A DNA stretch of 64,000 bases. It comes from Octopus bimaculoides (Eukaryota). Below, piece after piece: positions 25,511 through 36,360 of this stretch. Below the pieces are notes generated by a model. It saw nothing but the letters and a program-made list of their open reading frames with translations, searched no databases and was not told the origin of the DNA. The position numbers and the translations under genes are program-made. Position 1 is the first letter of the stretch; each line of letters starts with the position of its first letter. The stretch is taken from assembly GCF_001194135.2 (NCBI RefSeq), contig NC_068989.1:38626989-38690988 (forward strand). Direction: 5' to 3'.

Positions 25511-25929
25511 CTTTCATCATTTACTTGTTTCAGTCACAAGACGGTGGCCATGTTGGGGCACCACCTTGAATTTTTAGTTGAATGAATTGAGCCCAGTACT
25601 TATTTTCTTAAGCCTGCTACTTATCCTGTCACTCTCTTTTGCCAAACCACTAAGTTATAGGGACACAAACACACAAACACTGGTTGTCAAGTGGTGATGG
25701 GGTGAGGAGACAAACATAGACACAATGACAAACACACAAAGGCATATTTATACTTATATACATATGAAAGGCTCCTTTCAGTTTCCATCTACCAAATCCA
25801 CTCACAAGGATTTGGTTAGCTTGAGGCTATTAGTAAAAGACACTTGCCCAAGGTGTCATGCAGTGGGACTGAACCTAGAACCATGTGGTTGGGAAGCCAG
25901 TTTTGAGTAATGCAACACTTCCATACTGC
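25511..25929 (-). mobile_element. SINE family A
   Basis: Full head-to-tail similarity to 32395-32803 in reverse orientation. Confidence 0.88.
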
Positions 25930-25954
25930 GGGGGATGTATGTATTGTTGTGTAT

Positions 25955-26332
25955 CTTTTATTTGTTTCAATGATTAGATTGTGGCCATGCTGAGGCACCC
26001 CCTTGAAGAGTTTAGTTGACCAAATTGATCCCAGTACGTATTTTTGTTCTAAGCCTCATACTATTCTATTGGTCTCCTTTTACTAGACCACTAAGTTATG
26101 GGAATGTAAACAAACCAACACTGCTTATTGAGCAGTAGTAAGAGACAAGCACAAAGATACACACACATCTATATGATGGGATTCTTTCAGCTTCTGTTAA
26201 CCTAATCTACTCATAAGGCTTTGGTTGGCCTGAGGCAATAGTGAATGACACTTTCTCAAAGAACCATGCAGTGGGACCGAACCCATAACTAGCAGTTGAT
26301 AAGCAAATTTCTTACCCCAAAGCCATGCCTCC
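25955..26332 (-). mobile_element. SINE family A (older copy, directly adjacent to the previous one)
   Basis: Same motif order (TGGCCATGCTG...ACCACTAAGTTATGGG...CTCATAAGGCTTTGG...AGCCATGCCTCC). Confidence 0.82.
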
Positions 26333-26639
26333 ACCTTTATAGAAAAGTATTGGAAATGATAAAGTAGATAATTGTTGTCTGTTGTTGATAGGTCCATTTC
26401 ATAATTTTATGCCAAATTTGTATTGCTTTGTGCAAAACAAATATTGTGAAAATAACCTTAGAAAACAAGTAAACCTGGAGCCCTTCACAAATTTCAGGAT
26501 ATGATCACTATACATGTCTATTGCATTGCACTCTCACAAACCATATATACATACATGCATAGATGTATAAATATGCATAAATGCATACATGCATGCATGC
26601 ACACATACATACATTTATACACACATGCATGCACTTATA

Positions 26640-26705
<66 letters not shown>

Positions 26706-27449
26706 GAGTCATATGCCAGTATTTGATGATAACTATTAGTTACTTACAGCTTCATGTATTTGAGCTTTTACAAAGATCTATTTTCAAATTTCTTAATGTT
26801 TTGAACAACCTACATGCACACATTCATGCACACACAGTCATAACACACATGCATGCATATTACACACCACCCTCTCTAAACATAAATATGCAATCAACAC
26901 CCATAAATCAACAACAAATTTTAATGTCATATCATTTTCCATGAATATGTATACATACATACATACGTACCATCAAAACTACACAGGAAAACCTAGACTT
27001 CCTTTGCATGGTTTGAAGATACAGTAATATTTATCTGTTGATAGCTGCATACAAAGTTCAAAATGTTACTGACATTGGAATAACGTTCATATCCCTGGGT
27101 CAGTTCAGCTGCTACACAAATATCTGAGAAGTATCTAAAAAGAGATTTACTAACATTGTATAATAATTGCCTATCAAATCAGTTGTTTATTCCCTATAAA
27201 TACAATAGTGGTTTCTGCTACACTGTAGTAAATAACAAACTGTGTACTATTTATGTCAAAGTCCTCCATATGCTTCCCTTGTCTTATATCTCAATCATCC
27301 AAAATCCTGACAAACACAGTTCTCCCTCTCTCTCCTTCTATCCCATCTCAATACCCCCCTCTCTCTCTCTCTCTTCCTCCCGCTTTCCAGCTCCATGTCC
27401 ATTTTTAATTCATCCCCAAATCTATTCCTCTTTAAGCTCAATATCAACT

Positions 27450-27660
27450 TTTCTACTCTAGGTACAAGGCCTGAAAATTTGGGGAAGGGTCCATTTGATT
27501 AGATCGGTCCCATTATGCAACTGGTGCTTAATTTATCGACCCTGAGAGGATGAAAGGCAAAGTTGACCTTGGTGGAATTTGAACTCAGAACGTAAAGACA
27601 GACAAAATACCACTATGCATTTCGCCTGGCGGACTAACATTTCTGCCAGCTTGTCACCTT
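27450..27660 (-). mobile_element. tRNA-derived SINE, family B, with ~16-bp TSD
   Basis: Reverse complement of the head and body at 38687. TSD AAG(C/T)TCAATATCAACT at 27434-27449 and 27661-27676. Confidence 0.9.
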
Positions 27661-27713
27661 AAGTTCAATATCAACTGCATCAACATTAGCATTCATGAGT
27701 TAATGGGAGTGCT

Positions 27714-28094
27714 TATGCCTGTATAGAACTGTATACAGAGATTAGTTTGTGAAAATGAGAAATTTCATTTCAATTACTAAATTGACATTTCTTCGTAAGC
27801 AGTCAAGGATGTNNNNNNNNNNTTTCAATTACTAAATTGACATTTCTTCGTAAGCAGTCAAGGATGTCTGTATGTGCACAAAACAGCAGTATTGTTCCAC
27901 ACATGTGAGCACTACACATCTATATAGCCCCAGTTAGACACAGATGTGTAGTGCTCACATGTGTGGAACAATACTGCTGTTTTGTGCACATACACACATC
28001 CTTGACCGCTTACGAAGAAATGTCAATTTAGTAATTGAAATGAAATTTCTCATTTTCACAAACTAATCTCTGTATACAGTTCTATACAGGCATA
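27714..28094. repeat. Near-perfect palindrome / young fold-back MITE (~153-bp arms, 20-bp spacer)
   Basis: Arms 27714-27921 (after removing the 45-bp artefactual overlap at the N-gap) and 27942-28094 differ at only two positions by my reading. TA at both ends. Confidence 0.9.
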
Positions 28095-28158
28095 TGGCGT
28101 AGTGGTTAAGACCGCAGGCTACTAACCCCAAAATTCTAAGTTCGATTCCAGGCAGCGA

Positions 28159-28196
<38 letters not shown>

Positions 28197-28340
28197 TCAA
28201 AAAGATACCTTAGGAATGAGAACCCAGGTTTGAAATTTCCCCAAGACACCTGATGAAGGCTGGAGGGTATATCAGCCAAAATGTTGTGTTAACAACAAAC
28301 AAGATGAGGACAAAATCCATCAAAATGTAAATAATGTAAT
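28095..28340 (+). mobile_element. Composite SINE: tRNA-like head + (AAT)n + PLE-like tail containing a hammerhead motif
   Basis: A-box TGGCGTAGTGG 28095-28105, B-box GTTCGATTCC 28140-28149, (AAT)n 28163-28194, HHR-like motif 28245-28290. Confidence 0.75.
28245..28290 (+). ncRNA. Minimal type-I hammerhead motif with two CpG-type core mutations
   Basis: GACAC-CTGATGA-A-GGCTG-gagggtatat-CAGCC-AAAA-T-GTT-GTGTT: stem I GACAC/GTGTT, perfect stem II GGCTG/CAGCC. The canonical form would read CC-GAAA-C-GTT. Confidence 0.7.
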
Positions 28341-28356
28341 CTCTGTATTTCTTAAA

Positions 28357-29607
28357 CAGGGTGATCAGACGAAATGCAAACATATATTTATTCAATTTAC
28401 ATTCCGATGCAAAATTATATATCAAATTTAAATATGCTCAAATAAAGCCCATACAATGTAAATTAAGATGATGTATTTAATTTTCAGTATATCTACTCTT
28501 GGTGGAGATTACCTGCCGGAATCTGGGAGCAACATGAGAATAAGTGGCACGAACAATTTCACAAATGGTGCTCAAGATCTCTGAGACCCATGTGAGAATT
28601 AGCATAGGCTTTGCTCTCAAGGATAGACCATATTCCAAAATCTATTGGATTCAGGTCAGGTGAAGAGCAGGGCCAGAACTCTTTTGACCAGAATGTCTTG
28701 AAATTTTCTTGACTCCACTCTTGTGCTTTTTAACTGTATGAAATGTTGCACCATCTTCTTGGTGCAATAACCCAAGGGACTACTTTATCCTTTAACATGT
28801 CCAAATAAATATGTTGGGTGATTTTTACACCCTCTTTAATGAAGATTAGAGGGGTGTTTACATGCCATTTGAAGTCACACCTGCCCACACCATTATGGAT
28901 GCAGGTTTCTGCTACCAAAAGAATAATCTTTATTCGACAGGAATGTCCTCTTTATTTTCTCTATATATATGATCATTTTGTGGATTGTGACACACTTGTA
29001 CACTGAATAACTATCCATCTGTGTACAGTATTGGTGGGTGCATGCCATCTCTCAGCATTTGCAGAAGCTTTGATCTTTGCAGTCTTTTTTCTTTGTGGTT
29101 TCAGACAAAAGATGTGTTTTTGATATCTTGTATGGGAATAACTGAAGGTCATTTTTCCAAGAAATTATGCATAATTCCATAGCTTGTACCAGCTTCTGAA
29201 GCGAGTTTTCTGATACTTCTTTTTGTGTTACGCCTGATCTTTTCTTTGGTGATTTTGATGAGTTTTGCATTCTCACTGGTCAAGATGGAGTAGTTCCCAC
29301 TCTTGGTAAGCAAGAACCAGTCTCTTTTATTCATTTGACTACTTTGTAGACTCCTGATCTGCTGAGAGTGGGTTTCTAAATCTTGAAAATCTTGTTAGGA
29401 GTTTTCCCTTTCTTGAATAGTCCTTCAATTGCTTTACTTTTTCCACTCATACTAGTTTAAATACTAGCTTCAAGTATATTATATTTTATGTATAAATTAG
29501 CTTCAATACTACCTTAAATGTTAAGAGTATTAAATTTCTGAAATAAGAAAAGAAATGTTAATTAAATTTAAGTAAAATAAATGTGTACACTTGGGTTGAA
29601 TACCTTG
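28357..29607 (-). mobile_element. maT/DD37D-type Tc1-mariner element, decayed
   Basis: Fragments KIRRNTKRSIRKLASEAGTSYGIMH, DLQLFPYK, TPLIFIKEGVKITQHIYLDMLKDKVVPW and WPCSSPDLNPIDFGIWSILESKA. Diverged CA(G/A)GGT termini. Confidence 0.8.
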
Positions 29608-30229
29608 TATAAAGAGGAAATTTTCTTGTCTACCTTACCCATATTTCTCTTCTCTGTCAGTGTGCTCTTTTAAGAATCTATCCCCCCACCACCACCTCAT
29701 TCATGCCAAAAAGATGTTTATCATCATCATCCTCATCATTTTTAATGTCTATTTTCCGTCCTGGCATAGGATGAACAGTTTGACAAGAACTGGTAAGCCA
29801 GAAGATTGAACTAAGACCTGCAGGTAGTCTCTGAGATCAAATCTTGATGAGATAAACTTTATCTTTCATTTTTTCTAAGTTTGATTTTAAAATGATACTA
29901 GTTGAGTATTGGGGTAGTTTTAAGTAATGTGTCCTTCACCAAAATTTCTGGCTTTGCCTTATTGTTTGAAATTAATACTATTTAGCAAATTTTCAATACT
30001 TGTTGGTTTAGTAGAGCATAGAAACTTTGTCAGTGCTACATATGAAAGGATGAATGGATGGATAAGTTAATAGAGTACTAAATGAACTAACTGATTTAGT
30101 CTTATAACTAGCAATACATTCTGCCACAGTATTTAGAGGCTTCATAGGGTAACCAACAGTTTATAAATTATCTTATGTTGGTTAATTCTTTGTAGGCTTT
30201 TTGTTATGTCTGATAGAAAAATTCTTCAT

Positions 30230-30450
30230 TCCATATTGTCTCATCTCACCTAGTTGTCAGTAATAGTTACCAGAACAGTCAGGAATGGTACTTGTGACAA
30301 ATCAGCAGTCTACATTGTCGCATCTCACCTAGGTAAGAGTAATAAGAACCAGATCATCTGGGAATGTTACTTGTGATAGATCAACAGTCCACATTGTCTC
30401 AATTCATTTAGTTTGGGGAAACATGTATGAGATTATCTCAGAATGGTATT
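30230..30450. repeat. 79-bp-unit minisatellite, ~2.8 copies
   Basis: Units begin at 30230, 30309 and 30388 with TC(C/T)A(T/C)ATTGTC(T/G)CA and share GAATG(G/T)TACTTGTGA. Confidence 0.8.
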
Positions 30451-32394
30451 TTTGGTTTTCTATCACCATATACATGGAGCATTAATTACTATTAGTCTAA
30501 ACTTCTAAAAATATTAAATTAGAATCAAGATAGTAAAAAATATATCTTCTTAGAAAAAGATAGAAAATGTATGTATTGGTGTGGGAGGGGAAAACAAAAA
30601 GGACAAAGAAAGAATGATAGAAATGAAATGAAATGGGAGGTGAGAAATTTGGAAAGTAAAAGAAAATTGGAGGAAAGAGAGAGAAGCCAAAGGAGTGGGG
30701 GGGGGGGGAGAATGAAGGAAAGGAAGGGTAGAGAAAGAAGCTGAAGAAATGAGAGAAAGTGAGAAAGGAGGGAGAGAAGGGTAGAGATTGAAGCAAAAAT
30801 AAACCATCCATTTAAAGCTAAATGAGTTAGGAATTTGTAAATATTTATTAAACATTTAATTGCACATACTCAAACACATGCACCCAAGCTAATACCATTC
30901 TTAAGATAAAGACACATACACAAGCTAATACATCCTCACACACACACAGACATACACATGTGTGAGTAGAGAGACAGTTGTGTATACATATGTACATTCA
31001 TACACATGTAAAGAAAGTTATTGAAATTTACAAAGCTACATCACAACCACCACAACAGAGACTAATTGATAATTGTAAAGCATACATACACACTCATTGC
31101 TACATTTACACACACGCACATATATTCACATGGATGCTCATATTGCATTCACACACACACACTTGTACCCGTACACACACACATACATGCAATCTCTTTC
31201 TCTCTCTCTCTCTCTCTCTCTCAAACAAACAAACATGCATGGTTATAACCAAATTTGAATATTGAAATTAAAATAATTTAATTACATAAACACAGACAGA
31301 AAGAAACTAAAATCAACAAATTAAAACACATACACACCTCCATTCATACATACAGATGCCTATTCATATGCACACATCCATATGCATAGATATACATACA
31401 TGCACAGTTACACATATACATACATATATCACTCTAGCTTTATAATAGCATTAATATATGCAATAATCATGCCAATTCTAAGATACTTATAGCATTTATC
31501 ATCAGAGATACACTATTGATACCCATATTTGTTTAGATAGATAGATACACACTAAAAATTACCTTCTCTAAGGAACATATAGAGATAAAGGTAAAAAAAA
31601 ACCTACAATTAAATGTAAGCTGTTGTTTTTACTTCAGCTCTAGTAGTCCTACTCTGATATTATAGTCCTATGTTAGTAGATGTTCCTTCTGATATGTATA
31701 GCACTTTGCTATTCAATGTGTTCTTCATTTCTTAAGACAATGGAGCTTAATTTGTAAGCAATTTGGTCACTATAGCTAACTCATAGGAACAACCACTTAC
31801 AATAGCTAACACATACTCACAAGCAATGACACAAATACAATCACCCCCTCACATACATCATGAGAAAATAAATAACTATAAAAGAGTGTCAAATATATCT
31901 AGATATTGTATTTATGATTAGAAATAAATTTTATAATTCTATAAAAAATATTAGTCAGAACTAAATAACTGGGTACATTTATTTTCCCCATCTTGCTAGG
32001 ACAGAAGGGTTTTCTGTGGAAGTGACTTACTTTTATTCCATTACTGTTATTTGATAAGTTTATGCATCCAGCAGAAAAAAACGATAAAACATTGAGAGCA
32101 TTTACTCTAGTATAAAGTTTCTTGAAGTGGGCTGAGGGCTGAAAGTTTTATATGGATACTGAGGGCAAAGAGGTTGGAAGAGGTACAATGGATGCACCTG
32201 TACAGGTCTTTTAGTCTTTGTCTCCTACTTGGGTATGAATTTTTTGAAATATAAGCTGCTTGTTAGCCACAATCACAGCAACAGAAATAACAATAGCAAC
32301 AACAGCATCAGCAATAATAATAGCCTTTGAAACATGAATAAGTAAATTAATAAACTGAAAATATATCACCTTTGCATATAAATTATAAACAATA

Positions 32395-32803
32395 GGCACA
32401 GTTGTGGCTGTGTGGTAAGTAGCTTGCCTACCAAATACATGGTTCTGGGTTCAGCCCCACTGCGTGGCACCTTTGGCAAGTGTCTTCTACTATAGCCTCG
32501 GGCCGACCAAAGCCTTGTGAGTGGATTTGGTAGACGGAAACTGAAAGAAGCCCATCGTATATATGTATATATATATGTATGTGTGTTTGTGTGTCTGTGT
32601 TTGTCCCCCCACCATCGCTTCACAACCGATGCTGGTGTGTTTACATCCCCGTAACTTAGCGGCTCAGCACAAAGAGACCGATAGAATAAGTACTAGGCTT
32701 ACAAAGAATAAGTCCTGGGGTTGATTAGCTTGGCTAAAGGCGGTGCTCCAGCATGGCCACAGTCAAATGACTGAAACAAGTAAAAAAAAAAGAGAGTAAA
32801 AGA
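32395..32803 (+). mobile_element. SINE family A, well-preserved full-length copy
   Basis: A-box-like TGGCTGTGTGG, B-box-like GGGTTCAGCCC, central microsatellite, tail ending GACTGAAACAAGTAAAAA...AGAGAGTAAAAG. Confidence 0.92.
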
Positions 32804-33265
32804 ATAAACAAAATTATCTTTTAAAGGACACTATGAAAAATAGTGTATTTTTCCAGACATGCTATAAAAGTAGCTATCACCCTGTAACATTAGATAACAT
32901 GGAATGACATAGATAACAGTAAAAGAAAAACAACTACAAGCAATCAAAAATAATGGAGAATCTCTGAGCTGTACTAAAGAAATACCAAAAAGGTCTAACC
33001 AGCAAGGGAATCAATTAATCAGCAAACATGAGCATTTTGTTTATGGTTTACTGAAAATACACAAATGCATTCCTATAAGTGAGGCTTGTGAATCCTTGAC
33101 AAACAAATACCTGCTGTTAGTGGCTCCAAATGATTTAAAGCTACGACCAGTCATAGACAGCCCTGCATGTAAAACAGCTTAGAACTAGGAACTCATTGAG
33201 GGTTCCTTGGATAATAACTTTGAAGTGAAGATACTAATGTATTCCAAACTAAATTCTTTCATTCA

Positions 33266-33460
33266 TTCTTTTATGTGATTCAGTCATTGTAACTGCAGCC
33301 ATGTTGGAATAGTACTTTAAAACGTTTAGTTGAAATAACTCAATCCCAGCACTTATTCCAAAGTCTGGTACTTATTACATCAGTTTCTTTTTTCTTAACC
33401 ACTAAGTTATGGGAATGTAAGCAAACCAACACCAGTAGTTAAGCAGTGGAGTTGGTCAAA
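33266..33460 (-). mobile_element. SINE family A, 3' half
   Basis: TTCAGTCATTGTAACTGCAGCCATGTTGG...ACCACTAAGTTATGGGAATGTAA is the reverse of the family A tail. Confidence 0.75.
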
Positions 33461-35082
33461 CTGAAGCATGCAAAATCACACACACACACATCCAAATACA
33501 CATATGTACATATGTACATACTATGTAATAAAAGAAATGGTATATTAATGTCAGAATTCTAATTTCTATCCAGAAGGCCAAACTTAAGAACCTCATAGTC
33601 TTCATATGCCCAACCTCTACACTGCATGTTTCAAATGGTTTGGATGTGAACAGGGTCTGCTTTCTGCTCTGCTTGTTCTTCTTCAAATTTTAGTTATGTC
33701 CACCAGGATGGGCATCCATCTGTAAAAGTAATTGATGCCATAATATGCAAATATGGAAATTATTAAAACCCATCCTATCGATGCTATCATGGGAAGAGAG
33801 ATATAAAAGTGAATAAAAATTAATCTAAATATTCCAATCTAGATGAGAAATAAATTTCATGTAAAATTAATAAAAATAAAAGAAAATAATAAAATGTAGT
33901 AAAAAATATTTCAAGTAAAAAGTAGGAAAAAACATGAATATTTCTTCTTTTCAAATATTTTAAGTCGCAATTGGTTTATTAACAAGAAGCAGTGGGTTAC
34001 TGATGACTGGAGGTGCAAATATTTCCAGATATTGCAATTACTTAAAGTCAACATAGCAATTATTGCAAAGCTTGCAGCTGAGGCAATGTAGAATTAAATT
34101 TGACCCTCTGAACAAATATTTTCTACTACATCAGATTGTTTGTCAAAGTGAAGGACTAACCATGGTTATACAAGAATGTTGATTTAACAGAAAAGAAAAA
34201 AATTTGAGATCAAATACACACATACATGCACACACTTACAGCAAGCCATTCACATATACACTCATGAACATTAGAATATATATACATTCACATAAAAGAA
34301 AATTTAATTCAAATCATTTGAATATAAATTCTGTTTATATTGTTTGCGCCATCTTCATTGATACCACTATTATTGTGAAGAGTATGCTTTGGTGTTATGA
34401 TGACAGTGTTATAACAACTTCATCAAAGCATAATCATCATAACACCATCATCACAGTATCATCATCATCATCATAAAATATTTGTCTTATCATCATCATA
34501 ATATACTCATCATAACAACATTATATCGTCTTAAGAACTTCATAACATTCTCACCATATGTCATCATCATAGCAATATCAAAACAATTATCATCAGGATT
34601 TGCTATGTCTGGTAAAAAAACTATTTTTAATTGGTCACTTTTTGTTATAAGTCAATTCCCTGCTCCAAATCCATTCACTTTTATTAATTCACCAAATCAA
34701 GTGGTATCTGAGAAGCTTTATTTTTCATTAGCTTAATGAGTTATGCATTGATTTTGGTATGAGTTGTTACAAAAGTAAAGGATATTTAGTTGAGATATTG
34801 TTATGCTACCTTTGGTGTTATCTATTCTATTTGAAAAACCAGGACATGTTGAGTCTCAACCACTGATGATTTGTAAGAGTATTAGAGTGTAGTAGTTGAG
34901 AGCTATGGTGTGTACCCTAGATGCTTACACATCTGAATACCATTGGATAATGATAATAGTCATGATTCTGAAAGAAGCAAAATTTAAACCACCTAAAAAG
35001 GCAATTGTTTTATAAAGCTGTTTTTGATTAATCTACAAATTTCATATATGATACCCATATAGTGGAAAGATGATAGTGTTTC

Positions 35083-35235
<153 letters not shown>

Positions 35236-35355
35236 GTCTCTTTCTCCCCCACACACACTTGATCTCAGTGTAATTAAGATCAGTATTGTTTCTACAGAAT
35301 CATAGCTTTTATCAATGTCTTACGACATACACATGTGTAGGAAAAATATTTCTCT

Positions 35356-36360
35356 ATCATCATCATTGTTTAATGTCCGCATTCCATGCTGGCATGGGTT
35401 GGACGGTTTGACTGAGGACTGGCAAGCCAGAATGCTGTACCAGGCTCCAATCTTATCTGGCAAGGTTTCTACGGCTGGATGCCCTTCCTAACACCAACCA
35501 CTCTGAGAATGTAGTGAGTGCTTTTTATGTGCTGCTGGCACGGGAGCCAGTCAGGCGGCACTGGCAACAACTATGTTCAAATGGTGCTTTTTACATGACA
35601 CTGGCATGGGAGCCAGTCAGGCAGCACTGGTAACGACCATGCTCAGATGGTGCTTTTTGCATGCCACCAGCATGAGTGGCAGTCAGGCGGTACTGGCATT
35701 GGCCACGACAATGATTTCACTTGACTCAACAGGTCTTCTCAAGCACAGTTTATTGCCCAATGATTGAAGTGTACTCTTAAATGGGCCAGTTATGCTACAC
35801 TAGCATAGGCTATGGTTACGGCCTCACTTGGCTTGCTGGGTCTTCTCAAGCACAACAAAGGTCTCGGTCACTTGTCATCGCCTCTGTGAGGCTCAAAATT
35901 TGAAGGTCGTGCTTCACCACCACATCACAGGTCTTTCTGGGTCTACCTCTTCCACAGGTTATCTCTACTGCTAGGGTGTGACACTTTTTCATGCAGCCGT
36001 CCTCATCCATACACAACATATGACCATAGAAGTACAGTCGTCTCTCTTGCACACGACATCTGATGCTTCTTATGTCCAACGTTTCTCTCAGGGTTCTTAC
36101 ACTCTGTTTTGTATGCACACTAACATTACACATTCAGCGGAGCATACTAGCTTTGTTTCTTACAAGCTTACACATGTCCTCAGCAGCCACGGCCCAAGTT
36201 TCACTGCTGTGTAGCATGGCTGTTTTCACACATGCATTATACAATTTACCTTTCACTCTGAGGGTTAATATTGTTCTCATTCCAAACATAACCATATTGT
36301 TTTCTTTATAGACATACTATGGCAGAGTACTTGTTGATGTGCAGACTGAAGTTAGCTCTG
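35356..36360 (-). mobile_element. 5'-truncated RTE LINE (3' end of ORF, 3' UTR, (GAT)n tail)
   Basis: ORF end VQERRLYFYGHMLCMDEDGCMKKCHTLAVEITCGRGRPRKTCDVVVKHDL...DRDLCC; tandem-repeat 3' UTR; CATCATCAT tail on +. Homologous to 49365-50500. Confidence 0.92.

Noticed and set aside
27768-27867. 45-bp direct repeat in the left arm of the palindrome
   Set aside because: It flanks a 10-N gap and is absent from the right arm; assembly overlap artefact.
28095-28160. tRNA-like sequences with A/B boxes (also 6746, 32395, 38687, 44206, 48750)
   Set aside because: They lack a complete cloverleaf and acceptor stem and continue into repeat bodies; they are SINE heads, not tRNA genes.
34000-34045. CTGATGA followed by a CTGGA/TCCAG hairpin
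   Set aside because: No GAAA box in register and no stem I pairing; likely chance.
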